From Enoplolaimus lenunculus (lineage: Eukaryota): a DNA stretch of 64,000 nucleotides. The stretch lies in the NCBI GenBank assembly GCA_030248215.1, contig JASANG010002430.1:1-64000 (forward strand), read 5' to 3'. Made by a program: the position numbers and the translations under genes. Below are positions 22,042 through 34,341 of the stretch, piece by piece; positions within the stretch are counted from its first letter, which is position 1; each line of letters begins with the position of its first letter. The notes under the pieces were generated by a model. That model made no database searches and had not been told where the DNA came from. It saw only the letters and a list, made by a program, of their open reading frames with translations.

Positions 22042-25000
22042 GTAATTGTTGTTTGTCTGTCTGCTTTGTTTTGCTAAATAACCGGTGTAGCTTTTATGCA
22101 TGTGTGATTCGAAAAGAATTATTTTGTTTTGTTTGAAACTTTTTGGTGCTACCAAGCGTTTAGATTGCGAATACTTGTCATATATGCACGAATTCCTAAA
22201 ATGTCTAATTAAGATATAATTTAAAACATTGTTTTTTTAAAATACGTATTTAATACTAAGTTTTTATTCTACGCATGTTTCTTATTGATACTTAGATACA
22301 TGTACATTTGCTATTTGTGACTGTTCTTAGAATAAGCCCTACTGTTGAGCTGAAGGCTCAGAAAGCAATTGACCGATTTTTTTCGCAACCAGATTTTCGA
22401 CTATCTTCTCCGTGTGTACATACAAGTATCAAAGCGTATGCTAGAAGTACAAGTGTTGACTTGAGCGCGAGCGCCACCAATGACAAAGGTTGGTTGATTT
22501 TTATTATAACAGAAAGTTCGCGTGGCGTAGCAGTCATTCCAATTCAGTATGCAAATGAAATTCTGATTGCACGAAAAAGCGCGATCTTAATATTTCGACC
22601 TTTTTAATCTGTATCATTTGCAATAATGTGCGAAAAATGCCTGCAATTCTGTTAAGCTTAATAATACCTGGTGCTTATATTAGTTCTTGTATGTATATAT
22701 AGACACGGAAATAATCATAGATGCATGTTTGATCTGGCGCATACTAATTGCATATAAGACTCGATATGTATAAAGTGTGGGCCCTGAAAATTTCTAGTTT
22801 TAATTCCAGCATAAGTTTTCTGTTCTAATTTCGATTCCGGTTTAATTCAGTTCCTTTTGCAGTCTGTTGGACGGATTCGGTTTTTGGTGTGTTTCAGCGT
22901 TAAAAATTCAAATTAGCTTGTTTTGTATTTTAGAAGCCGAATCTCAAAGAACAGAGTCGTCTGCACCAAACACAGGTAATGCTTTATTGCATTTGTTCTG
23001 GTTGAATGAGGCAACATCTGAGCAGTGAAAACTGAAATTATTTATTCAAAGGAAGCAAAGCTACTAGAAAATTAAGAGTTAATTAATGTTTTAACATTTT
23101 GGAAGCCCAATGTTGAATGCTTTAATTTCCACATACAGCGATGAGTTATTTAGTTTTTGCTTGGGAAAGCTATGTTAGTAGTTGGAGAAAAATAGTTTAT
23201 TGAAATATGTCGAAAACAACGACTAAATTATGAAGCTTGAGTAAATTTGTTTTAGCAGTGGGTTGCCTTGTGTCACTTAGCCAACAAAGTTTCAGTATTT
23301 AATCGCACCACTTACCCTACTGTCTTATGGAGTTCTTATTTACAATTGGTGTTGTACCGTTTCAGTGTCTTGTCAAACCATACTGACAATTCCTCCTGAC
23401 GTTGATGTTATGCAGTTTTTTGGTAAGAACTGAAATCATTTTGCGTTACTGTTATTTTAAAGCAACCTGTGTACATAACGCTTACTTTATTAACTGTGTC
23501 GTATGTTGTTAATATATAAGGTAATAAAATAATTAGGCAGTTGACTTTTGGCACTAAGTTGCGAAAACCAGTAAACTAAGTTTTGGCAGTAGTAAGATTG
23601 ACTTCTGAAACATTGTTGTTGGTATGCAAATATTGAGCTTAATGCTGTCTTATACTCTGATATACAGCTGCAAAGAACTCTTCATGTCGTTCTTAACAAA
23701 GGCTTTTTGTTTTGGTTTCTACGTCAGAAAAATCTTTGTGGTATACACTAAAATTAATTATAACTGGCTTCTCCACAGCGGGGGGCCCCAGCACTTTTCG
23801 AAATTTTCATTTTCTCCCCGGCGAAAATTTTGCCGCCCCCAGGAAAGGCCCCCCGGCGAATTTTCGGCCGCCCCCCAGCAAATTTTTTTGCTGGGGGTTC
23901 CCAGCACTTTTCTAAGCCAAAAATTTTCAATGTTAAAACATAAAGACCTGGACTTTTTTTGAGGCGGACATTCGGCAAAATGTGATTTTATATTACACTG
24001 AGTACTCATAATTTTTTTAATAGCGTTACAAATACCAGTAGTAACTAATACAATTCAATAATGAACTGAAAAAAGCACAATTATATAAGACCGTTTCAGG
24101 GCATACAGCATTCGAAAGTACCTTGCAGCAGCAAGTTCAACCCGCCTGAGCCTTATAATAAACTGAAGCTGTGACTAATATATAATATATATATATTAAT
24201 CACAGTTTCAATTATAGATTATCTATATTTTATATAATTGTGCTTCTTTCAACTTCTGGTTAAGTTGTCAGTATATACGTAATATTAGTTAAAATTATTG
24301 TTATTAGCGTTTGCGGGGAATTTTTGTCATGTTGAGCGATGAGTAATCTTCAGTTGAGTTGGAAACACGATCTAGAATAAAAAAATGGTCCAAAAAGTCG
24401 GCCTGCAAAATTTTGAGGCTGCCCCCCAGGACCCCCCAGATCATCTGCCCCCCCCCCAGGAAAACTGCCCCTCAGCAAAATTCGCTGCCCCCAGGAACCT
24501 CCTGCCCCCCCCCCCGGAAACGCCCCCCGGCCGAAATTTACAAGCTGTGGCGAAGCCAGTATAAGATTTCTGCTAGACTGAAAATAATGAAAATTAGGGA
24601 AAGCTTAGAAATTTCATTTTATTTGTAGTAAATCTTAGGTATATTTATTATTTGGCGTAAGGTATGTAACTTATGTTCGATATCTGAAAATTTTGAGGTC
24701 CGTCGCATGTTTACCATGAATCCGGGTTTGAAACTTCTAAAAACACATCGTCCGAAGCAAACGCAAGTATAATGAGTTTAAGACGGAAATTGTTTGTTGG
24801 CGCTGAAGATTCGTCTATGGAAGAGTATGTTCGATACTATATAGGGTGGTGCTTTACTTTTCTCTAGTTTGATGTTTTCCTATAATGTGTTTGCTGTATG
24901 ACATCGGACGGCACAGCAAGTCAAATAATTTTACTTGCGCCGCCTCACAAGATTAGCTCCACTTGCCACCGATGGTTTTAAGTACGCGTTTTAAATTTGA

Positions 25001-28000
25001 ATTGAAACTTAAAATATGTTATGTATAGTACTGTTTGGTTGTTTTTCCCTGATAATCTGTTTAATCTCAAATAAATAAATTGAGTCCGACACTGAAAATA
25101 TATTCTATTTGAATATTTTTGCCTTAACTGAGCTATTACGTTTTCTGTATTAGTACTTTTAGTTGAATTTTAATGATAGTAGTTTATATGAGATGGTCTA
25201 TCTTCACAAGCATATACGTAGCTTTAGCGCTACTATTTTTAGTCTTTATAGTTTTGCGTTATTTTTACTAGTGCTCAGCGCTGTCTTGTTTTACCAAATT
25301 ACAAATATTGAATTTCTTCAGGGCCTCGACAAAAATGTTCATTAATGACCAAACTAACAATTTATTTTATATTTTAAGCTCGTCGAACTCAAATGATGAA
25401 CAAGAAAATGGTGACAGCAGTCAGTTAAATTTGTCGATGGATGGAACACGTGTATCTTATGGTTCGGTAAGATAAATTGATTGTTGGTGTTTTATTTTCC
25501 AACCAACAGACGTGTTCTCAGCTGTTTGTAGCACAACTAGTTAGTTAGTAATATGGGTTATAAAGTACGAGAAAATTGTTATAAGTTTTTAATCTTAATA
25601 AGTTACAAGGCCTTTTCTCAACTGGTGCTGTGATAGATGCTACTCAGCTTAAGAATACGGGCACATAATTGAATAGGATTTGGTGAACGAAACTGATATT
25701 GAAATTTTTATCATCATTTCCAAACATAAATTTACAGGTATTAAAGTTTAATACTATTCCCTCTAGATATGCGTATATTATTTATTCCGTAATGTTGTTG
25801 TTGTAACGCCTTTGTGCTACGAGTCACCGTTGATGTCGAAACCAAGGAGTGTGGCAGCTTCAACCAGCTTCGTCCATAAAGCTTCTGGCGTCAGAGACGT
25901 CGGATTGGCCGGGCAATTGAACAAATGTATCGTGTCATGAGGAGTCGCGGAGCACAAGGGGCACGCATCCACTACATCATGGTTGATCTTGGCCAGATAA
26001 TTATTTAGGATGCTTGAGTAGCCAGCACGGAGTTGGGCTAGCTTGCAACGGGTGCTCCTGGACAGTTTCTTCTCGTTTGACAGTGGCGGTGGGTAGCCTC
26101 CCAGCAGGACCGGTGGTTTGTAGTTTCTGACTCCATCTTGATGTGCTTTGTCATGGATGATCTTGAGCAAAGCGCGATATTTTTTGTTGTCAAGTGGACC
26201 TATGTCATGACAACGATTGTGATCTGGAAACGTACTGGCGAGAGTGTGCCGCACGAGGCGGCCGGGGATCGCTGGATTATTGGCGACTTGATGGTTGATA
26301 TGGTCTTGACGGTGACATCTGAGGAAATACTGCTCCGACAGCATCAGGTTGTGCTCTTTGACTGGTAGCATACTGGTTTTTAGATGGAGGTGCTCTTCTT
26401 TCGTTTTCCGCAGGCATCCGGTTACAGTACGGCTGGCACTGTTTTGCTGGCGTTGGAGTGCTTGCCATCTGCTACTGGAAAGGCCTGGAGACCATACGGG
26501 GTCACCGTAGTTGAGCACTGATCTTCCGATCGCTTTATTGGTGACTAGCAGGGTTTCTTTCTGCTTACCCCATGTTGATCCAGATATCGCGCGTAAAACT
26601 GCGTTTCGCTTACGTAGGGCGCCAGTAACCTGAGTGGCGTGGTGCGAAAACGTCAGCATCCTGTCGAAAATAACTCCCAAAATTTTCGGTTTTGATGTTG
26701 TTGGGATTGTTGAGCCATTGACTTTGATCGGCAGCGCTTTGTTGACTTCATGTGTGAACGTGGTGAACGTTGTTGCAGTTGATTTACCTGGTGAGAGCCG
26801 AAGATGGCGGTTTTGGAGCCAGTCGGACAGGGTTGTTAGGTACCGGTTTAGACGATCACACAGCGGCTGGATTGTTGGCCCGGATGTTAACAGCGACATG
26901 TCATTGGCATACGAAACCAGTTTGATGTTTGGTGGTGGAATAGGAGACTTTGACATTACCAGGTTGAACAATGTTGGTGATAGGATGGCGCCTTGGGGGA
27001 CACCTTGTTGCACTACCCGGGACCTTGATTTAACACCGCGGAATTCGACGTATTGTTGACGACCACGTAGGTATGATGAGAGCCATCGTTTGAGACCGTC
27101 GGGAATTGCCAGATCAATTATGTCACCAAGGAGTTGGTGGTGCGATACTGTATCGAAAGCGGCCTTCAAGTCCAAGGCGACTGCGACGGTTCGATCTATG
27201 GGTTTGCGTTTGTTGAAGCCAGTTGCAATGTGGTCATGAATTTCCATCAGAGCAGACATAGTTGATCGACCTGTTACATGGGGGTTTGAAAAATTTAGCA
27301 GGGGGGTAAGAATTTTTAATTACTACCCCCTTACTACTTATTTTGAGCGATTATAGCGTTGAGTATTAACTTTACACTGCATACCCCCTTCGTTTTAAAA
27401 TTTTCATATTTAGTTTTTTTGTTTTTTTGGGGGTTTCCCCCTTCATTAAAATTTTCTCATTTTTAATTTTCTGTAAAAATTGTAAGTTCTTACGTATATA
27501 TTGCATGTGTGTATGTGTGTATACATATTTCGTGTGTATATTATGCATAGATGTGCGGTTGTTTGTGTGTATGTATTAATTAATGTATTGTTATTGTTGT
27601 TGTTGTTGTAGTTGTTGTTGTTGTTGTCAGATGCATGCACCGCTGTTGTTGCGCTGTAAACCTTGGCTAACTGGCTGTTTATATTCGTAGAAAATTATGA
27701 TTGTACGCTTGCAATATATAAAACAATGAGATTTTACGAGACGCAGCAGTATGAAGTTGTTTTAGTGTACCGGTATTAATTGATTTTATGCTTAAGTCAG
27801 GGGAATGAATGGAGGTACGGTTACAGGGGTTTGGGTACCCTCTCTTCTCTTAAGAAGTACAGTCGGGATGTTGCCCAATCTGTATCGTATGTTTTGCATG
27901 TATTACTCTAACTGATGCGGTGACCCCCTTTTTTGCTGCTTTTAAAAAGCAGTTTTGTAGTCTACTGCTCAAGCTTGTTGAAATTTGCTCACACATTCCG

Positions 28001-31000
28001 GCGTTCATACTACACAGCGTGAAAACTTTGACAGTACGAAGCTCACTTTTGCGTACCTTGGTATTGTAACTGATTTATAATGGGATACTCAGGAATAAAG
28101 TTTTAGATTAGTCTAGCTACTAGGTTGTCAGTTTTTTACCAACATTTGTGCAAGCACTGTGTTAAGTCTGTTTAGGGAATGGCTAAATAATCAGAATTTC
28201 TTAATTTGTAAACGGTTGATTGACCCATTCCTTGTTCTTTTAATATTTTCTCTTGACTTTGTAGGACAGTAATTCCAAGAAATGAACTCGGTTTGTAAAA
28301 CCCTGCGAAGTCAAAATATTGGAAGTTCGTGGAATTACTTGAATTTGCGGAATAATTTTGTTTTGAAATTTGTAGATTCTAGTCAAAGCTTAGTTTTTAG
28401 GTAAATTTTTGTAAATTTTAGCGAAAATTTTGTTTTGAATTTTGCGGATTTTCGACAAAACATGGGATTTTTTGACTTTTTGTGCAATTTTAAAGATCAC
28501 GGTTGTTTTCAAAACCTGGGATTCTGGTCAAAATATTTTATTCGGAGAATTTACTTCAAATTCTAATTTCAAAATTTGTTCTAAAAACCCAAGTATTAAG
28601 TCAAAATAAGTTTTTTGTATAATTTTGTGGTAGATTTTTGCTAGAAATTTGTTAGAAAAAACCATAAGAATTATAAACTAAATTAAGCATTTAAGTTTCG
28701 GAAATTCTTTAGTTTTGTAAAGTCGATAAAGTTCATGCTACCCTTTAATTTTACAAGTATAAAAGGGTCGTGCGCTTGCATCTAGAAGGGGCTTCAGTTG
28801 TGTATCGCGGCAGAGTTGTTGCCGGTTGTTATTACGAAATGGCGTTTAGTAGCTTCTGAGTTATTTGGATTTATTCGCTTGGTTAGAGCACAGGTGTGCT
28901 AGTGTTCGGAATTGCTATAGAGCTGTGTGCAAAATATTGGAGTTTTGTGTAGATAATTTGCGGTCTAAGTCTTGGTTTCGGTGAAGCCCTGGGTGGGAAT
29001 TACTTTGTGTTTGTAAACCCCAAGCCTGAAAATTTTTGGACATATTTCCGGAAAAGTCTCAGAAGACAATTTTTTTGCACCTACGGAAGTATAGACCGCA
29101 GATAAGTAGTTTATAGAAAATAGCAGAGTTTGGTTTGTCCTTAAGGACACACTGCCGTTTTACTCATTCATTGCCTATTGGTAAATTAGTTTTGTTCGTT
29201 GCTGTGTGCAGTAGTAATTCAGTAGTAATTGGTGGCCTGTGTGGCCTTATTAGAGGTTTGTTGTGTTTGGTACAAGTAGTGACTACGAATTTTCAACGAA
29301 ATTTACTCAGTAATCAGCGGAATTTTGGGTCGTATTTGACATCTTATCACAGTAGTATTTTGCAATTTGGAAAAGTCTGTGTATCCTGTTTTATTGAGAA
29401 CTCTTGGGTCTGACACGTAGTATGTGTGAAAATTTTATTTTTTGAGAGCCGAAGTATACTGCTCTTTGTGAAGTATAAAGTTTGGTGATTTAGCTAGTGG
29501 TATACGAGAATAGAGAGTGTTTTGGGTAACCCACGGAATACGCTCTTGGGTGTTTTTTTAATCAAATTCTGGGCATATTTTTGGACGGCACTCACGAGTG
29601 TTGACCGTGCGACGTTACAGACCTTTCAGAAAACCATGCTGATGGGTGGCCGGGGTGAAACCGCCAGAGATGGTTGGTAGTAGTAGCTATTCCAGGAGTT
29701 TTGCAGCTGGCGACAGAAGTGATATTGGCCTGTATGATGACGATTCATTGCTTGGTTTTCCAGGTTTTAGCAGCGGTATAACTCTTCCGGTTTTCAAAAG
29801 CGCAGGGATTTTGCACGACGTAACTACCAGGTTGAAAAGTTACGCAACTACGAGTGTGCACGGCTGCCTAGATACTTCAGGTGAATCGGAGCGATTTCGT
29901 CAGGTCCTAGAGCCTTTGAATTTTTGGTCGATTTGATGGATTCTGCTACATTTTCTTGATTGAAATCAGGTTGCCATAATTGTAGCTGCTTCAGTTTACG
30001 GATGACTGGTCTTGCTTCCTTCGGATCTGGACTACCAGCGGGACAGTATTGTTTGCATAGACCATTAGCACAGGTTCTTGCTTTATGCACCGGTTTATCT
30101 CCGAACTGGAGCATCACGTTGTCCGGTGCCGGTTTGGGTTTTGTGAACGACATGATAAGCTGCCAGTGAGACGTTCTACCATCTTCCACGTGCTCGCGCC
30201 ATTTCTTCTGCCTGTGCTCTGAGGTGATCTTACTGATTTCACGTGAAAGTCTCCCAATTTCGTCGTCCGAGGCGTTGGATCGTCGAAGTTCATCACGGCG
30301 TACCATCAGGGCGGCGGCTTCGACTGGAAGTCTGGGATACAGCTCCTTGCGGCGGCCGGTTGGGACAGTGAGCTTCGCAGCACGTTGGATTATGTTGCGG
30401 AGAGCCTTCTAACCTTCGAAAGGGCACGTTGGAGTTTGCGTGCGGGCGAAGTCGGCTTCCGTAATTTCTATAAATTTGGTCCAATTAGCTTTCCTGAAGT
30501 TCACGTCGGTGCCCGGCGCGGAGGACACCTTCTCGAGACTTCGTTCAATTGCGATCATAATGGGCAGGTGGTCGGAGCCCAGCGATTTTTAGACTGACCA
30601 TGAGCATATGCAGACGAGCGACGAGCTGACGATTGTGAGGTCAGGGGAGCTGTCACAGGTAGATGTGCTTCGTGTGGGCAGATCTTCGTTCAGGACTGCG
30701 ACATCTTCGTCATCGGTTTGGTCTGCGAGTAACTGACCACGGGGATCCGGTTGGCCGGTTGAATTCCAAAGGTCGTGGTGGACGTTGAAATCGCCGACTA
30801 TAATTGCATCCGTCTGCTGAAGACAAGGCTTCCACCTGCAGATTTCTTGACAACTGTTTGAAGCATACTGTACAAAACCACGGTCCGTTATCCCAGACTC
30901 CACGAGAGGGTCCAGGATTCTGTTCAATGCCAGCCATGAATAGAAGCATAAGGATCAGAAGGGCCGGCGTCGGCTGATCCATATCCAAAAAACCCGCGTA

Positions 31001-33356
31001 GGCGTTTCGCAGCGGCGGAGGTGCAGACTTTGGCCAGCTTGCGCTGGATGGTTTCGCTCGATCGATCGATTTTCGTAAAAGCATCTGCATGGAAACCATT
31101 TATTCCGTAATCATGTAATAAGGTGAATTGTTGTAGCCATAATTTTGTGACATGCATTTCTAACATTTTCAAAATTATCGTGTTTCTGTACCTAAATCTA
31201 ATCCGCTTATTATACATTATTAATACTTGTATTCTCTCACAATTCTTCAAGTTTAAGCACAGTCTCACCGGGATCGCGTTTTAAACCCTTGCTGTGATTG
31301 CGATCGCTCGTTTTTTTTGGACGCAATCCGCTTTCAAATGCTATGTTAACTGCGTGCGGTCAGCGTGACCATAACCGCGACTGCACCTGCGGATGTCTAG
31401 TATGAAGTTTTCGGTCGCTTTGTAACCCCGTTAGAGCCCTGGCTTAAGACACGACTGCAACCGCGTCTGTAGACGAGACTGATCGCGATTGAAGACATTT
31501 CATACGCGATTACAAAACCGCAACTGCAGACGCAATCGCAATTACTGATTATTTAATTCTGACCATGACTATATTTTAGGGACATTTGTCAAGCAGCCCA
31601 ATGATTGGCTCTGATAACGATATGTACAGCGAACGTCACGAGTCAAGTACTCCTCGTGCGCGATACCGTATTTCTCCCGAAATTTCACCAATTCAAGGTT
31701 AGTCAGTGCGGTTTATTTTTTATTTTTTTAATTTGGTCTCTGTATCCGAATCCTTTTGCTAATACAATGCACAATCATCCTTATAAAATTTAATTCCGTG
31801 TTGCTTTTCTATACAATCATTTTTTGTGTGTACATTTCAGACGTTCGTAGATCCGCTAAACACTGCAAATTTATTTCTGGATCAGGTACAAATTATTCCA
31901 TTTTATATATTAGTAAACTTGTTAGAAATTTAGGCTGTGTACTGGTTTAAGTCGAAGTTGATTTGCGTTATCGATTAAAGAAGTTGTGGGAACAACGCTT
32001 TTACGCGTGCCAGGTGTCTTGGATCACCTGTAAACTTATTAATATTTTTAAATGTCGATTTCATCAAGAGTTCGATAATCCGAGTTAGAAGAGTATATAA
32101 CAAAACTGACTTCCACATGGTGCAAAATGTACCAGCATGCGTTGCGTTTTTATCGTTTTTTCCGTACTTGGAGGTTATCGGCATCACATTCAGCACACGT
32201 AATATACTGTTCAAAAAACATATTGATATGAAAAATTAAAATATTACCGGTGCAGCAAGTTCTGTTGCACTTGTATCTGAAGAAGTTTCATCGTTAACAA
32301 AAATTAACCTAATGACTTACCCCCTGGACTGGGGGCGGGAAAACGCGTAACGAGTGCTGAATACATTGTTTCTGCACGGCATGCAACCAGTTGCACACTC
32401 TTGTCAAAGGAGGTGATCATCACTCTTTATTTTATTAATTAAATACCGTAAAGTGCACAACTTTAAAGGTTTATTGTCTGTGAAAAAAGACTATCCTGCC
32501 GTCCAGTAATATCCTCGTAGTTGCAAGAATTTACAATGTGTGATTTCGGGCTTTATTTCCAGATAATCATTATTTACCGAACTGTAGTCAATCTGAAACT
32601 CCGCGACGCCGGATTGCAACAATTTCCGTAATGGACAATGATTTGCCTGCAAAACACGTTGAAAATGGTTCATTGAAAGCATTGAGCAAAGAAAATCTTT
32701 GCTTGTTTGAATCCAGTAATACAGCGGAATTCAATGGTATTTCAGCCCGAACAGAGTTGGCTGTAGGCATGAACTTGGATCAGGATAGCGAGATAGGTGA
32801 AGTTCAAGCGGAAACCGAAAAAGAAACCGAAAGATTTAGCCAGAAGATAAATTTGTTGGAAAACATTGCTACAACGGTGACAAGTGGTAGTAGCTGTGGC
32901 CCAGGTTTGTTAGATCAAGTTGGATATCAATCGCTATCGTTGCTGTCAGATACGGGATTTTCAAGTGGATGCTGGACAAGTGGTTCAACCGCAGCGTCTT
33001 CTGGCGATCGAGTTTCGGTGCGCTGGGAAAGTGGCGCAAGGTCGTTTGAGTCGATAAAAAGCTCGGTAGGCCACGTTGAAAGGCCATATTTTAATACCAC
33101 CGTGTGGATGACTGAACCTGTTGAAGTAGAGCAGCATCAAATGAACAGTACTTGTGTTCAACATGGATTGTCTGATGTCCAAGAGAATGAAGGTATTGTA
33201 GGAAATATTGAGAATTTGTCACCGATTTTAAAACCCATGGCAATGGACCGAGCTAAATGTGTTGCAAGGGCAGAAAATAGAGGTCAACATCTACAATTGG
33301 TTGACTCGAATAGTGAAATCGGTGAATTTTCGACTGGGAAACGGTTGGAGTTTTAA
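21947..33356 (+). CDS. BORA: Protein aurora borealis (Bora; Aurora A/Plk1 activator), nine exons giving 507 aa; true N-terminus not resolved
   Basis: Phase-compatible GT-AG exons 21947-22041, 22331-22488, 22934-22975, 23366-23422, 24698-24824, 25379-25466, 31580-31697, 31841-31885, 32563-33356 (1524 nt, one open frame). Bora motifs in order: WSIEQMSVINPADID, KAQKAIDRFF..SSP, SCQTILTIPPDVD, SLRRKLF, GHLSSSP, ISPEISPI, and degron-like DTGFSS. Confidence 0.9.
22331..22488 (+). CDS. BORA: Bora exon (ISPTVELKAQKAIDRFFSQPDFRLSSPC...)
   Basis: TTCTTAG acceptor, GTTGGT donor; Q-K-A-I-x-x-F-F motif. Confidence 0.88.
23763..24560. mobile_element. MITE in a Bora intron with C-rich subterminal repeats
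   Basis: 17-bp TIR ACTGGCTTC(T/G)CCACAGC with one mismatch; GCCCCCC(C)AG repeats at both ends; AT-rich core; superfamily not assigned. Confidence 0.8.
24698..24824 (+). CDS. BORA: Bora exon containing SLRRKLF
   Basis: Hallmark cyclin-binding motif SLRRKLF; TTTTGAG acceptor, GTATGT donor. Confidence 0.88.
25817..27271 (-). pseudogene. Reverse transcriptase and C-terminal zinc-knuckle portion of the LINE ORF
   Basis: LDLKAAFDTV, GVPQGAILSP, KILGV; catalytic YADD reads YAND; separated from upstream HQHGF by the insertion at 27272-29619. Confidence 0.92.
27272..29619. mobile_element. 2348-bp non-coding insert, probable solo LTR (Gypsy-like) or non-autonomous Ginger-like element
   Basis: Starts TGTTAC, ends GTTACA; 4-bp TSD GACC (27268-27271, 29620-29623); removal restores the LINE frame HQHGFLKGRSTMSAL; TATAAAA at 28758 and TCAGTT at 28794 on the plus strand. 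Confidence 0.85.
29620..30982 (-). pseudogene. N-terminal part of the LINE ORF: 2A-like peptide, truncated CxxC finger, partial AP endonuclease, start of RT
   Basis: MDQPTPALLILMLLFMAGIEQNPGP, WFCTVC, GDFNVHHDLW, SKALGPDEI, HQHGF; spread over several frames with stops. Confidence 0.88.
31022..31097 (-). ncRNA. Putative HDV-like self-cleaving ribozyme at the LINE 5' end
   Basis: Minus strand parses as P1 GGUUUC, CA, P2 UGCAGAU, P3 GCU, 21-nt L3, P3' AGC, P1' GAAACC, AU, P4 CCAGC-GCAA-GCUGG, J4/2 CCAAA, P2' GUCUGCA. The first G abuts the TSD. Confidence 0.7.
31580..31697 (+). CDS. BORA: Bora exon (GHLSSSP...ISPEISPIQ)
   Basis: TTTTAG acceptor, GTTAGT donor; S-S-P Polo-box docking-like motif. 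Confidence 0.85.
32563..33356 (+). CDS. BORA: Bora terminal exon
   Basis: TTTCCAG acceptor in frame with the 241-aa ORF 32631-33356; Ser-rich with DTGFSS; AATAAA follows at ~33432 and ~33454. Confidence 0.85.
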
Positions 33357-34341
33357 CTGTTTGGTCTTCTGAATACAGCGTTGCGAGGAACATATCACTA
33401 CGAAATGGTGCAAAAAATAAGGCATGCATTAGAATAAACTACTGACTTGTAGAAATAAAAATTCTCTTTTCACTACGCTCGCTCGCCAAAGACTTTTTGC
33501 ATCACATTTCACTTTTCCAAGATTCCGAATGTGTCCTTCGTTTTAAAGTGTGTATGTTGTAAACGCTACACTAACAATGTTGTCTCGATTTGTAACTGAG
33601 TTTTATCAGGCTTTTTGTTTTGGTTACTTTTTAAATTGAAATCATGTGTTGAAATGTGAAATTGAATATGCATTAGGTTATTCGTATATTTCATACACAA
33701 AAGCGATACCAAAATGCTGCCTAATGAACTCCACAGACAATTTTTGTAAGACGGTTAACATGTTAGATAAAAAAACAGACAATATTTCAGCCACTAAAAT
33801 ATATTCTTTTTGGAATTATATTCGGCTGCTTTTAGGAAATTGTTGGCGTTTCATGATGCATTACAAATGTTTTAACTTGACATTTTCTCACTCGTGGTAC
33901 ATAATCGTACAATATGCGTGTGTCTTTATTAGTTACGCAAACTTACTGGTATGATACATTTGGTCTCAGTCTTCACGAAACGCATTGTTGTACTTTGAGA
34001 ATGCTTCAACAAAAATTTCTATCTGATTCCAAAGAGAATAAGGTGAAAAAATCCGAAATAAGGGGTCAAATAATCTTGGTGAAACGTTTAAAAATTTAGA
34101 AATTGCTAGTATTTTCCATGAAAACACTAATTTTTGTAACAATTTTGCGTGAGTTTGTGGATAAATTGTAAACGAAAATGGAAGCATTTAAATTAATGCG
34201 ATTTTTTAAATTAATCAGCCGTTGATAACTTTGCAGACGATACTCGTAACAGTTTGTATTGTGTCATATTGATAATGCTGAATGCTCACATATACCAAAG
34301 GCTTCTAAATAAATATCTGTTAAACTTTTGTGAGCGATTAA

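Larger units (their letters stand above)
25794..31097 (-). mobile_element. APE-type non-LTR retrotransposon (I/Ingi/Jockey-like, no RNase H seen), 5'-complete but inactivated
   Basis: 14-bp TSD ATTTATTCCGTAAT (25780-25793, 31098-31111); (CAA)n 3' tail; APE motifs IIVGDFN.H, SSPDLT, GSDHLP; RT motifs; C-terminal CPLC..H..HLFNC zinc knuckle. Confidence 0.95.

Noticed and set aside
23624..24628. Pro/Gly-rich ORFs
   Set aside because: They come from the C-rich subterminal repeats of an intronic MITE.
24868..24980. Additional Bora exon
   Set aside because: It has splice-like ends but stops in all frames; the flanking exons join in phase without it.
26138..27059. Plus-strand ORFs of 76 and 141 aa
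   Set aside because: Antisense shadows of the GC-richer RT coding sequence.
27446..27640. Poly-Asn ORF
   Set aside because: Translation of a (CAA)n microsatellite inside the inserted element.
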